64,000 bases of DNA, taken from contig NC_086097.1 in assembly GCF_963921235.1 (NCBI RefSeq), positions 79,176,001 to 79,240,000 of the forward strand. The letters are read 5' to 3'. The stretch comes from Mobula hypostoma (Eukaryota). This document shows, piece after piece, positions 50,145 to 64,000 of the stretch; position 1 is the first letter of the stretch, and the number at the start of each line of letters is the position of its first letter. The notes under the pieces were generated by a model. That model did no database searches and was not told where the DNA came from. It saw only the letters and a program-made list of their open reading frames with translations. The translations under genes were made by a program, and so were the position numbers.

Positions 50145-50973
50145 GTCAAAGATTGCAGAGAGACATTGATAGGATGCAGAAGTGGGCTGAGAAGTGGCAG
50201 ATGGAGTTCAACCCGGAGAAGTGTGAGGTGGTACACTTTGGAAGGACAAACTCCAAGGCAGAGTACAAAGTAAATGGCAGGATACTTGGTAGTGTGGAGG
50301 AGCAGAGGGATCTCGGGGTACATGTCCACAGATCCCTGAAAGTTGCCTCACAGGTGGATAGGGTAGTTAAGAAAGCTTATGGGGTGTTAGCTTTCGTAAG
50401 TCGAGGGATAGAATTTAAGAGTCGCGATGTAATGATGCAGCTCTATAAAACTCTGGTTAGGCCACACTTGGAGTACTGGTCACCTCACTATAGGAAGGAT
50501 GTGGAAGCACTGGAAAGGGTACAGAGGAGATTTACCAGGATGCTGCCTGGTTTGGAAAATATGCATTATGATCAGAGATTAAGGGAGCTAGGGCTTTACT
50601 CTTTGGAGAGAAGGAGGATGACAGGCGACATGATAGAGGTGTACAAGATAATAAGAGGAATAGATAGAGTGGATAGCCAGTGCTTCTTCCGCAGGGCAGC
50701 ACTGCTCAATACAAAAGGACATGGCTTTAAGGTAAGGGGTGGAAAGTTCAAGGGGGATATTAGAGGAAGGTTTTTTACTCAGAGAGTGGTTGGTGCGTGG
50801 AATGCACTGCCTGAGTCAGTGGTGGAGGGAGATACAGTCGTGAAGTTTAAGAAACTACTAGACAGGTATATGGAGGAATTTAAGGTGGGGGCTTATATGG
50901 AAGGTGGGGTTTGAGGGTCGGCACAACATTGTGGGCCGAAGGGCCTGTACTGTGCTGTACTATTCTATGTTCT
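50145..50973 (+). mobile_element. Young CR1 3' fragment inserted in a minus-strand L2/Rex-type LINE (~49920-52310)
   Basis: 253-aa open ORF2 C-terminus (WAEKWQMEFNPEKC...FFTQRVVGAWNALP); ttctatgttcta tail. Confidence 0.9.
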
Positions 50974-52490
50974 ACCGTATAACAATGGAAGAGAAAGTGC
51001 CCTTGATCCTGATGGTAAGTGCTTTCAGGATTTTGTATACTCTACCCAATTCTATATGGAAAACCATGGTCACCAAGGTCCGCATCGGATATGGTACCTA
51101 GACAGACAGACAGTTCCAATCGGAGGGGAGTGGGAGTAGGGGAAGAATAATGCCTGTGCTAAGTGGAGTCTTTGATTATACTGGCTGATTAACCGAGGCA
51201 GTGAAAAGGACAGACAGAATCTACGGAGCCAAAGCTAGTTTCTATGATGTGCTAAGCTGTGTCCACAATTCTTCAGTTTCTTGCAGTCAAGGGCAAAGCA
51301 GCTGCCATACCAAGCTGTGACGCTTTCTATGGGACTCTGACAAAAATATAGTGAAGAAGCAGAGGCATTGGTGAGTTTTCTTGGTTGAAGCTTCAGCATA
51401 GTTGAATAAGGCAGACTATTTATCACATTCACTTCTAAGAACTTGAAACTCAACTTCCTCAACCTCAGCACCATTGATGTAGCACCTTCACCCCTCCCCC
51501 TTTGAAGTCAATGACCAGCTCTTTTGGTTTCCTGACAAGGAGAAAAAGACTGTTGTCATGACAGCATGTCACCAGGTCATCAGCACTCTATTGTCTTCTT
51601 GTACTCAGACTCATTGTTATTTGAGATATGGTCCACTACAGCGCTCCCATCTGCAAATATGCAGATGGAACTAGGAGTAGAATGTGCCGACGCAGCAACG
51701 AGTATACAGGGAATAGAGTAGTGTGCTGAGGATGCAGTCTCGTGGGGCGCAAATGTTAAGGATAAACGTGGCAGAAGTGTTGCTGCTGGTCGTTATTGAT
51801 GTCAAAAAGTCAAGGATTCATTTCAGAGGAAAGTGTTGGGTCCCAAGTTTAGCAGTTTGGAAACAAGTCTGCTTGAAATTACAATATTGAAGGTGGAGCT
51901 GTAGTCAGACAGCAATAGTCCAGCACAGGTATCTTTACTGTCCAGACACTTCAGACATGACTGTCGGGAGATGGCATCTGCCTTGAGCCCATTTTGGCAG
52001 TAGATGAGTTGCGGTGGATTAAGGTTCTCTAGGAAGCTAGTGTTAACCCATCCCATGACGAGCCTCTCATTGCACACTGACGGTGGATATCACAGCACTG
52101 AAAGGTAGTCACTGAGGCACGTTTACTTGTTTTTCTTAGGTAGTACAATGATAGTGATCTTCTTACAGCAGATGAGAACTTCAGATTGAAGCATGGAGAG
52201 GTTAAAAAGTCAGTAAATATCCCTGCCAGCTGATCTGTGCAGCATCTAAGTACATGGCTAGGGACATTAGCCGGGCCAGTTAACTTTCCATGGGTTGACT
52301 CTCTGGAAGACTAAATTTACATCTCCAATGGACTTAATAAAAAAGTACAATGCCAATTCAAAGAGAGACTAGGCACTGATTATACATTGAAAAACCCTTT
52401 ACCCATAATGCTTCCAGCTTGTGCAGTTATTTTTTGTTATAACAAGTCATTACCATTATAAAGTGCTGACGTTTATCCTCCCCTACTCAC

Positions 52491-52588
52491 CTTAATGGGC
52501 ATGCTTTCTGTAGAACATTCTAGACCAGCTCGAAGTGCCTCTTTTACAGCATCAATACCTTCATATCCGTAACACGCAACTTCAATAT
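52491..52588 (-). CDS. EIF2S1: eIF2-alpha coding exon 5
   Basis: ctag| [33 protein letters not shown] |gtgagt; 98 nt. Confidence 0.97.
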
Positions 52589-53978
52589 CTAGTTTTAAAA
52601 GAAAATGATAATTGAGGAACTTGAGTGAAAATTGAAGTGGGAAAATAAAACAAAGTTGTCCCATTGTTGTCAACTAACCACAATAATGGCATTCAATGTG
52701 TATGACCATTAACAAAACAGGGCCTGTGATGGAGCATTATTCAATAAAATTTCACAGTGACCTATAGACAACTGTTCAAGATAATGATTAAAATCATGAC
52801 CAAACATCTAGATTTAGGATTAGATCAATAGTGGAATGAGAAGCAGAGATTTAGGTAATGATTCCAGGGCTAAGGGGCTTCCAGTTGATTGACAGTAGAT
52901 GCAAAAAAATAAATTAGACTGAGGATTTTAGATGTGCTGATATTCAAGGTTAAGATTAGAAAAAAAGTATTGATTAGGGCAAGACATCAGATGCCAACAT
53001 ACGCATGAGAATTTAAAAACTTAGCCATTACTCTACTTGACAGAAATACAAATTTCTGAGTGAAGAGCAGAAGGATAAACAACAAAATCCAAGTTACAAA
53101 ATTGTTTAAGAGTTCTGGATAGTCTCATGTTTGTAGATAGTAGATACGCTATGTTTTCTAATTAACTTCCTGATTCAGCCTATTTCTTTTCTATCACTTT
53201 CACCCTCCCACCAGAAAGTAATTTTCTGGAAACCTATTCACGAGGATCAGCTCCACCCTGCCTGATTGAGACACTATCCCAATACCACATCTCCATCGCA
53301 ATTCAAAAATCGGTGACTGATTTGAAGCTGTCTGTTCAGGACAAGATGCCATGGCCACAGGAGAACAACAGTGCAGACAGCTTGTTTATCTCTTGGCACT
53401 TTAAATGTTTATGGACCCTCAAAAAGAAAAAAAAAAAGAGGTCCACATACCATAAGATTAAATTGTACAAAATGTCAAAATGAAAGTAAAGAATATTTGT
53501 TTTAACTTCAGTTCACTTTGCAGGTAGTTCAGAAGTGTAGAAATGCATGCAGCTGGACAGAAAAGCTCAATACCTTGCTCGCATGCACAATCTATTTATT
53601 ATGACTTTGTTTTGATATTTGAGTGGGGGGGCTGTAAATGCAGGCATAAAAACATTTATACTTACGAACTTTACATAATGGCAGATCTGGAAGTGTATAC
53701 ATTTTTAAACAGGTATGAGCAAACCTGTATCATACTCCTTCCTAGCATACCAAATTTATGTACAGCCTATGGACAAGCTCTTAGGAGACCAGTAGGATAG
53801 GTTTGATGGTAACTGCGGGACTGTGGGCATCATCTTTCACGCAGAAGTTCTGTTCCAACTTGCAAACTGTCTGGGTTATGAACAGTTCCCAGAAACTGAA
53901 CCCTGTTGCAACCTCTGAAAACCCAAAATAGACAGTCTTTCCCTTATGCCCGGACAGCATTACAGAATCATTACGTAC

Positions 53979-54085
53979 CTGCTCGAATTTTAACAGCCTG
54001 TGGGGTCAGACGCCGTCTAATATTTTCGAGTAATACACTCCGCTCTTCTTCTGTCAAGTCAAGACTGTCCAGAATGGTAGGGTCT
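53979..54085 (-). CDS. EIF2S1: eIF2-alpha coding exon 4
   Basis: tgtag| [35 protein letters not shown] |gtacgt; 107 nt. Confidence 0.97.
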
Positions 54086-55419
54086 CTACAGAGGAGTTTG
54101 GGGGGGGGGGGTGCGGAAAAGGAGGTGTTGGAAAACCAGGAGAAGGGAATAACATAAGTCATATACTAAGAATATCAGACTAAATAAGCCCAAACAACCA
54201 TCTATTACAGCAACATAAAAAACAAAACTAATAAAACGTACTTTCTTCTTAAAGTGTGAGAAACAGTTTGCATCAACCAAGGTTCTTGTATGTTTAAGCA
54301 GGTAATATACACACACACACACTAGCTGAGCCAGACAAGGAACACATTCAATAAATTCATAGCTTGCTATCCATTAACTGCTTTCAAAAGCTAAAAATCA
54401 ACAGTGTTAAAGTTACTCTCAGTCCTATTGCTTTTGGGGAAAGATGCAAGAGACAAAACAGCCTGTTGAAGTTACAAGTGAAGATCGGCTTGATACTAAT
54501 GAATCACTTGTATTGTCCTGTGCTTGCTTTTAAAGGGACAGTTCCTAAAACATTAAGTTGTACTGATCAACAAAATTAATGCTGACGAAAATTTTGTTCA
54601 ACAACACGGCCCAATAAAGAATTATCTTAAACAAATGAAGTGCACACAAATGTCCAAACTTTACATTATATGTCTCAAGACACTTCTCGTGCACATTTAC
54701 TTAAAGAATCACTCAGGCAAGCAACTCAGGAAAATTTGCACATAACACTCCATACAACATTACCTCTATCCGTATACAAAATATGATAGAAGCAAATAAA
54801 CCGAAAAGGTTCATGCTACTACAAGACAAGTCCAATCAACCCCTCAACACATATCCATCATCTGGATAAAAGGTAGATTTGCGTTTCAAACTCAGTGATT
54901 TAGTTATCATTAGCACTGCACATTACTTCACATCATTTCATTTGTCAGATCAGTTATTGAACAAGGGGCATCTATTTTCTTCTTCCCCACTCCTCCTGAT
55001 CTCTGAAGTTACAAGTAAAAGGGAAAAAACAAAAGGAAAATAAAAAGGCAATCACATGGAACAACTATCAAAGAACTGAAATACAGGAATAATTTCAGAT
55101 CTAGCATGGATAAAGTGTTTCCAGCATTGGGAGCTCAAAAATGTGTAAATTTATAACTACATTCACCACAAAAGGTGCTTATTTTAAAAAAGCACAATGA
55201 CTTATGCATATGGATAAGAAACATTTGGCCAATTTAGTTTGGGCATTTGTTGTCAAGCTTCTCACAGTAATGGCTATTTGTAAATATGAGCACATAACTC
55301 CTACAAATACACAGCATTCTCCCCCTCCTCTTATTTATCTTTGACAAATCTTTCACTCAGCGCTCTAAATATTTAAAAAAAATAAATGAAGGCCAAGGCA
55401 AAAAGAGTTGAGGCACATA

Positions 55420-56999
55420 CAGTTCCAAGAAAAAGTCTGTGAACCCTTTGCAATTACCTAGTTTTCTACATTACTCATAAAATGTGATCTGATCTTCATT
55501 TAAGTCACAATAATAGACAAAGACAATCTGCCTAAGCTACTAACTTCTTTTCAATACTGAGTACACCATTTAAACAATCACTGTCTAGGTTCAAAAAAAA
55601 GTATGTGAACCTCTGGGGTAATGCCTTCTGCAAAAGCTATTTGGAGTCAGGTGTCCCAATCAATGAGATGAGATTGGATGTGTGGGTTGTAGAGGTGCCT
55701 GGATCTATTAAAAAAAAATCAAGCCAGGTTACTGACAAATCTGTTTATGTGCATCACACCTTGATCAAAACAACTTTCCCAGGATCCTAGAAGAATTGTA
55801 GAGATGCACAAAGCTGGGAAAGGCTACAAAAGCATTTCTAAAGCCCTGCGTGTTCATCAGTGCACAGTAAGAGAAACTGTCCACAAATGGAGGAAATTCA
55901 GCACTGTTGCTACTCTCCCTAGGAGTGGACGTTCTGCAAAGATCACACCGAGCATTATGTGCAATGCTGAAGGTGAAAAAGAACCCAACAGTAACAGACC
56001 TGCAGACATCTCTAGAACTTGCTAAAATCTCTGTCTGTTCATGTGTTCACTATAAAAAAAACGCTGAAAAAGTATGGTGTTTATGGAAGGACACTATAGA
56101 GGAAACCACAGTTCTCCAAAAAATAAACATTGCTGCACGTCTCAAGTTTGCAAAAGACTACCTGGATGTTCCACCATGCTTTTGGGACAATGTTCTGTGA
56201 ACAGGTGAGACAACATTTGAATGTTTTGTTAGAAATGCACATCGTTACGTTTGGAGGAAAAAGGGCACTGCACACCAATACCTTATCACGACTGAGAAGC
56301 ATGGTGGAAGGAACATCATGGTTTAGGACTACTTTGCGGTCTCAGGGCCTGGACAGCTTGTAATCGTTGAGTGAACAATGAATTCAAAATTGTATCATTG
56401 CAAAATTGCTATTTTACAGGAGAATATCAGGGTAGTGGTGTACCACCTGAAGCTTAATAGAAGCTGCTTGCTGCAACAAGACTTGTCTTGTTACATACAC
56501 CTGTTAGGGTGCATTCTCCAGTTACCTTATAAGGTAACCGTAGCCTTCAGCCAGGAACAGATGTCATCAGGTGGTTCCCAACCTTCACCGAGTGTTTCCA
56601 CCCTTAACCACGACACTCTCCAGTTGGTGGGCCAGCAGTGGTGTCGAAATGGCTAAGTCAGAGACCAATGTCCCGACGAAGGGTTTCGGCCTGAAACGTC
56701 GACTGCGCCTCTTCCTATAGATGCTGCTTGGCCTGCTGCGTTCACCAGCAACTTTGATGTATGTTGCTTGGATTTCCAGCATCTGCAGAATTCCTGTTGT
56801 TTACATATTTTTTCCAGCTGAATTGTGAATGATTAAACAATATGCTCAATAAAGACATGAAGAGTGCAATTGTTTGTATGTTGTTAGTTTAGGCAGATTG
56901 TGTTTGTCTATGATTGTGACTTAGATGAAGATCAGACCACATTTTATGCATAATTAATGCAGAAAACTAGGCAACTGCAAAGGGTTCTTCTTGAAACTA
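55420..56999 (+). mobile_element. Tc1-family IR/DR transposon, decayed, with internal insertions
   Basis: TA|CAGTTCCAAGAAAAAGTCTGTGAACC; HKAGKGYKSISKAL..TVRETVHKWRKF..LPRSGR paired-like HTH. Confidence 0.88.
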
Positions 57000-57773
57000 T
57001 ATTTGCTACTGCAAATCCAAGTTATTATTGTCATTGTATTATTATTGGAAGTGATTTGAAAAGCCAAGTTGTGACAAAATACCAAATTAAAGACAGTATT
57101 CTCAGACAAAAGAAACACATTTCAGTTAACTTTACACTCAATGATGGAACAATATTTCAACAGAGCTTCCATCTACTGACATCAAGTGGCAAAAGGAGTT
57201 AATTGTCTCTAGTGAGTTTATGCCTGGATTACATTTCTAAAACACTACTGTAGTGCATATGCAATGCATCTATCCAATGAAAACAGAGGGGGCGGAGGGA
57301 GGAGGGAGGTTAATGCTTTTGCAGCTGCTTGTGCGTTGGGGGGGGCTTTGGGGTTCTTACATTTTTCTGCAATTCATTCTTTGGGTTTTTTTCCCCTCTC
57401 TGTTTCGTGGATGTTTGTGAAGACGAAGGATTTCAGCTGGTATACTGTATACATTCTCTGATATTAATTTGAAATATTCAGGCTGAAATTGAAATAGACG
57501 AGGCACTGATACACTATATATAACATTATTAGAGGATCCCAGTGGTAATCAGTAATGAACAGATTCCAAAACTGCTATGAATGAATTTTCTCAGTTAACG
57601 ACATAAATTTGCACTACTATCCACTGCAATGGAGAACAAAAACACAGATTTGAAGAGAATTCAGCTAAATGAAGTCCATGACAATTAAACTGTTACGTTT
57701 GTTTCGAAGCAAAATAGGAGAAACTGTCTCAGGAAATTTCAACTCTTGAATAAAGAAAATAAGCTCACACTTA

Positions 57774-57959
<186 letters not shown>

Positions 57960-59005
57960 TCAGCGCCTTGTCTTTATTTTTTAAATAACACATTTATTTT
58001 AAAAGGAAGAATCAGATCTCGAAGGTATCTCAGAATTTCATACAAACTCTCAGTGAAATGGAGTCATTATTGTAGCAGTTAAAAGTAGTATTCAGATTGA
58101 ATACAACCAAATTACATAAAAGCCAAGCTTACTTTTCGTATTGCTTCATAAGACAGAGTACACTCCAGATTCTTAAATTACTGCTCTCCCATCATACTTA
58201 TTACAAATCATTTAAACAGAGAAAATTAGTCATACTCATTTAAAACTTAGCACCTTTCTAGCAATATACGTGTTGTTTATTTTGTTATCTTGTCAGGGGG
58301 TTTGCTTATAATTAACGATTGTGATTTGCATCACATCTCTGAAATTAATGAGATGGTAGACATTAAAGCTCAAAGAATTAAATCTTAGTCATGGAACAAA
58401 GCATATCTATGATTGAAAGTTCCAACATGCTTGAACCATGCGCCAACTCAAAAGACAAAAATTGCTGCCAGAGTCTAGTTGAAATGCTACAGTTAAATTA
58501 TGATCAACTAGAAGGCAATATTTATTTTGTCCTTCTCCAGCAAAAATCATGAAGTAATTTTTATATGATGACATTTTTTACAATCAAAAAGTATCAGTAA
58601 AGTCTTTTTCACAAACCAACATTAAGAACTGATAACATTTGCTTCAATATAATTTTACAATGGACTCTATAAATCACTTTTAAAGGTAACAATGTAAAAT
58701 GGAAATTAAGTGATTGGGTATTGCATTCTTGTAAAGATGACATATTTAATACCAGTTTTAAAAAAAATTAACTGCAGAGTAGTTTATTTGTGTCAAAACA
58801 AGAAACTTGAAACAAAACAAGAGGATATTTCAACAGATATTTAATATACAGCTCATTATACATTGGCATACTATAACTATAAACCTATGTAAAGCAACAA
58901 TTTATACATTCTGTACAACTATGGAGCAAGTAAATAAAGTGGCATATACAAGACCAAACTTTTTCCTTCATTGTATTAAATATCTGAGAAAATGAAAACA
59001 CTTAC

Positions 59006-59085
59006 AGTCTTGGATTTGGTAAACTTGTCTTCACATTTTATGGTTTCTTCTTGTGAAACTCTACGTTTGGACAGATCAATGTAGC
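59006..59085 (-). CDS. EIF2S1: eIF2-alpha coding exon 2
   Basis: ccag| [27 protein letters not shown] |gtaagt; 80 nt. Confidence 0.97.
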
Positions 59086-59962
59086 CTGGATCAAACAGGA
59101 TAAAGCATAATTATTACCACTCTATCAGTTGTTCTACTGATTTGAAGCCACAGCCCTAAAATATTTCATAATGTTCAAATATTTACAAGGAATTTTATTA
59201 TTATCACTTCTAGAAAACTTTCTTAATCTGTACACATAATTCACAGTGCGTCAGTGACATATGACAGCCTGGACAAAAGCTCTTTCAGAATGTGGAAAAA
59301 ATACAGCTCAGATTAATTCCATTACTGAATATTAAATTTAATTTATTAATAAACCTTTAGCACTTATTGCCTTTTGCAGAGGAGAAAAGTTCCTAAATAA
59401 TCCTGCAAGTAACCTATCCCCAGAAAATCAAATTCTCCATACAGACAATTTAGCTAAATGGTTCTAACCGTGACCCTTACGTGGCATCTGAATATCAAAT
59501 TACAGCAAAAACAAACTGTAAATCCAGTTGTTCTTGATGTTAAGAGAAAAGATTGTTCATGTATTTTAGACACATTAAAGGGTAGGAATACAAATGTTCA
59601 CATTTACAAGGTATGCTTCACAACCAATTAATTTATTTGGAAGTGTAGACAGTTATTTTTATAATATTATAAACCATTTTCCTGAGTACTGGTAATGTTT
59701 TAAATAGAAGACATTTCCAGCCTTCCTCAAAACACCTAATCAAATCTGACACATTGGCCAAAGGGTGGGTGTGCCTTCATATCCAATTTAAGAAAATGCA
59801 CTATATGTAGCCAAGATTGTTTTCAAATCCTACAGAGAGTCTAGATCATTCTTTCTATCAGAGAAACAAGATATTGACAATTGATCTAAATTACAAACGG
59901 ACAAAATCTAAAAGCTGTACATTAAAAGACCAACTCTCATGCATACCATATACAGACATTTA

Positions 59963-60310
<348 letters not shown>

Positions 60311-60474
60311 TTATTGTTAGATCACGTGCAGTCATTAGGAGCCAAAAAACTAATGACAAGAAAAGGGGTAGAAGGGGAAGCTGCAAAAAGAAATAAAGGG
60401 TCAGGATAAAATATACATACTGCAAAAAATACTGAACAATATAAAGTAACGTGCAAAAATCTTAGGCACGTGTA

Positions 60475-62008
60475 CAGTTGCAAGAAAAAGTTTGTGAACC
60501 CTTTGCAGTTACCTGGTTTTCTGCATTAAGTACTCATAAAACGTGGTCTGATCTTCATCAGAGTCACAATATTAGACAAACACAATCTGCCTACGCTAAT
60601 AACACATAATTGTACTTCCTCTTGTCAATACCGAGTACACCATTTAAACAATCGCAGTCAAGGTTCCAAAAAAAAAGTATGTGAACCTCTGGGGCAATGC
60701 CTTCTATAAATGCTATTTGGAGTCAGGTGTCCCAATCAATGAGATGAGATTGGAGGTGTGGCTTGTAGAGGTGCCCTGCCCTACATAAAAACATATCAAG
60801 TCAGGTTACTGACAGATCAGTTTATGTGCACCATACCTCTATCAAAACAACTTTCACAGGACTTCAGAATAAGAATTGTAGAGATGCATGAAACTGGAAA
60901 AGGCTACAAGATCACTTCTAAAGACCTGAGCGTTCATCAGTCCACAGTAAGCAAAATTGTTCACAAATGGAAGAAACTCAGTACTGTTGCAACTCTCCCT
61001 ACAAGTGGGCACCCAGCAAAGATCACACCAAAAGCACAACATGCAGTGCTGAAGGAAGTGTCAAAGAACCTGAGGGTAACTAACAGCTGCTAAAGTTTCT
61101 TCATGTGTCCAGAATATAAAAAAAATACTGAACAAGAATGGTGTTCGTGGAAGGACACCATGGAGCTGCTCTCCAAAAAAAAACAATTGCTGCACATCTC
61201 AGGTTTGCAAAAGATCACCTGGATGTTCCATAATGCTTCTGGGACAATGTTCTGTGAACAGATGAAACAAACGATGAACTTTTTGGCAGAAATGCACACT
61301 GCTATGTTTGAAGGAAAAAGGACACGGCGCACCAACACCAAAATGTCATCCCAACAGTGAAGCATGGTGGAAGGAGCACCATGGTTTGGGGATGCTTTGC
61401 TGCCTCAGGGCTTGGACAGCTTGCAATCGTCGAGGGAACAATGAATTCAAAATTGCATCAAAACATTTTACAGGAGAATGTCAGGGTAGCAGTCTGTGAC
61501 CTGAATCTAAATAGAAGCTGGATGATACAAGACAATGACCTGCAACACTAGAGTAATTCAACAACAGAATGGTTTAAAAAGAAGAAAATTCGGGTTTTGG
61601 AATAGCCAAGTCTGAATACAGACCTTAACCGAATTGAGACGCCGTGGCATGACCTGAAGAGGGCTGTTCATGCAAGGAATCCCAGAAATATTGATGAACT
61701 GAAACAGTTTTGTATGGAGGTATGGTCTAAAATTCCGCCATGCCGTTGTGCGAGTCTGATCAGCAGCTACAGGAAATGTTTGGTGGAAGTTATACCAGAT
61801 ATTAAATACAAGGGTTCACATACTCTTTCCAGCCTGCACTGTGAATAATTAAACAATGTGCTTAATAAAGACATGAAGAGTACAATCGTTTGTGTGTCAT
61901 TAGTTTAGGCAGATTATGTTTGTCTATTATTGCGACTTAAAAGATCAAACCACATTTTATGTATAATTAATGCAGAAAACCAGGGTTTACAAAATTTTCT
62001 TGCAACTG
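60475..62008 (+). mobile_element. Tc1-family IR/DR transposon, near full length, frameshifted transposase
   Basis: ~200-bp imperfect TIRs CAGTTGCAAGAAAA / TTTTCTTGCAACTG with inner repeat AAAAGTATGTGAACC; GKGYKITSK, KHGGRSTMVWGCFAASG, QDND, DLNRIE. Confidence 0.92.
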
Positions 62009-62759
62009 CATATAGCTAGGGTGCCCAAGGCTTTTACACAATACTATAGTAGTTTTATGTACTGCACTATGTTGCTGCCACGAAAAAAATTCACGACATA
62101 TGTAAATGATAAAACCGATTCTGATATGGGTCTCTATTGTGGACTGAGAGTGGGAAGGGGGCAAGGAGAATAGAATCATGTTTGGGAAAAAGGGAAAGGA
62201 GAGGGGAGGGAGTGGGAAGCACCAGAGAGACATTCGGTAATGATCAATAAATCAGTTTTTTGGAATCAAATGACCTTGACTGGTGTCTCAGGGCTGGATA
62301 TGCCCCCATCGTCCCTGGCAATCCTCTGCCATCTGTCCCCCAGCACTCCACCCTCGCCATTCCCAACATCTTTTGCTACCGCCAGATTTACAAACTTGCT
62401 CTCCACTCCATATTAACAAATTTCATGACATATGCCAATGATGTTAAATCTGATCTTGATTCAGTACAATGCAAAAGTCTTAGCTAGTTAGGGTGCCTAT
62501 GACTTTTGCAGAGTACTTAAAGTACACAAGCAACACTGATAAGGAAGAATGACTGAGTGGAATACAACTGTGTAGTTTTAGATAATTTCAGCCTGGGTGA
62601 AATTAAAGGCATAGAATGAAAGTGTGTGTGTGTTCGTTCATTCATTCTGTAACTATATAGCACATAAGCTACTGCTCCAGTATCGCAACTCTTGATCACT
62701 ATTTTACAGGAAAGTGAAAGTCTACTGCATGTAGACTTCATGTAGTTCTGGCAAACTAG

Positions 62760-64000
62760 CAACAGAGGAGCGGAAGGCAGTGTGGACAGGGCCAATGAAC
62801 TTAACCTGTTCTTTAACAGATTTGACATTGTGGCCCCTGCCCATCCCCCACATGAACCATCTGTTGTCGGCCCCCAACCAACACATATTCCACTCTCCCC
62901 TCCTACCCCTCCTCACAGTCCCCCACCCTGCTCTCATGACTATACCCCTTCCCCACACGAAATCACCACAGTGGGCTTCACAGCTGAACAGGTGAGAAGA
63001 CAGCTGAAACGTCTCAACCCAAGCAAAGCTGCAGGACTGGATGGTGTCAGTACCAGGGTGCTCAAAGCCTGTGCCCCTCAGCTCTGTGGAGTACTTCGCC
63101 ATGTATTCAACCTGAGCCTGAGGCTCCGGAGGGTTCCTGTACTGTGGAAGACGTCCTGCCTCATCCCTGTGCCGAAGACGCCGCGCCCCAGCGGCCTCAA
63201 TGACTACAGACCGGTGGCATTGACCTCCCACATCATGAAGACCCTGGAGAGACTTGTTCTGTAGCTGCTCCGGCCTATGGTCAGGCCACACTTAGATCCC
63301 CTCCAGTTCACCTACCAGCCTACTAGGAGTTGAGGATGCCATCGTCTTCCTGCTGATCTGTGTCTACGCCCACCCGGACAAGCCAGAGAGCACTGTGAGG
63401 GTCATGTTTTTTGACTTCTCCAGTGCATTCAACACCATCCACCCTGCTCTGCTGGGGGAGAAGCTGACAGCGATGCAGGTGGATGCTTCCCTGGTATCAT
63501 GGATTCTTGATTACCTGACTGGCAGACTACAGTACGTGTGCTTGCAACACTGTGTCCCCGACAGAGTGATCAGCAGCACTGGGGCTCCACAGGGGACTGT
63601 CTTGTCTCCCTTTCTCTTCACCATTTACACCTCGGACTTCAACTACTGCACAGAGTCTTGTCATCTTCAGAAGTTTTCGGATGACTCTGCCATAGTTGGA
63701 TGCATCAGCAAGGGAGATGAGGCTGAGTACAGGGCTACGGTAGGAAACTTCGTGTGAGCAGAATTATCTGCAGCTTAATGTGAAAAAGACTAAGGAGCTG
63801 GTGGTAGACCCGAGGAGAGCTAAGGTACCGGTGACCCCTGTTTCCATCCAGGGGGTCAGTGTGGACATGGTGGAGGATTACAAATACCTGGGGATATGAA
63901 TTGACAATAAACTGGTCTGGTCAAAGAACACTGAGGCTGTCTACAAGAAGGGTCAGAGCCGTCTCTATTTCCTGAGGAGACTGAGGTCCTTTAACATCTG
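62760..64000 (+). mobile_element. Rex1/Babar-type LINE RT region (continues beyond window)
   Basis: LNDYRPVALTSHIMKTLERLV; FFDFSSAFNTI; STGAPQGTVLSPFLF; KFSDD. Confidence 0.88.

Overview
Eukaryotic vertebrate genomic DNA. The repeat landscape suggests a cartilaginous fish, probably a batoid ray (inference). Two host genes lie on the minus strand. EIF2S1 (eIF2-alpha) has all 7 coding exons here (60247->45438, 948 nt, 315 aa). PLEK2 (pleckstrin-2) has its first 4 coding exons here (6452->149) and continues off the left edge. The rest is nested mobile DNA: a near-intact CR1 LINE plus many CR1 and Rex/L2-type fragments, a decayed endogenous retrovirus (pol, env, possible 3' LTR) split by a LINE whose 5' end is expanded into a 1.3-kb minisatellite, a solo LTR, two Tc1 IR/DR elements, a Tigger4/Zombi-like pogo element, a Chapaev3 fragment, SINEs and Penelope-derived repeats. 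Two observations stand out. (1) Three divergent CR1 copies keep a U_UUA_AAC slippery heptamer directly before the ORF1 stop, and in the two readable copies an AUG-less ORF2 starts in the -1 frame, suggesting an ORF1-ORF2 fusion made by -1 ribosomal frameshifting. (2) The abundant short inverted repeats carry a minimal type I hammerhead ribozyme motif, and one copy is linked to a Penelope GIY-YIG C-terminus. Family assignments come from motif recognition, not database searches.
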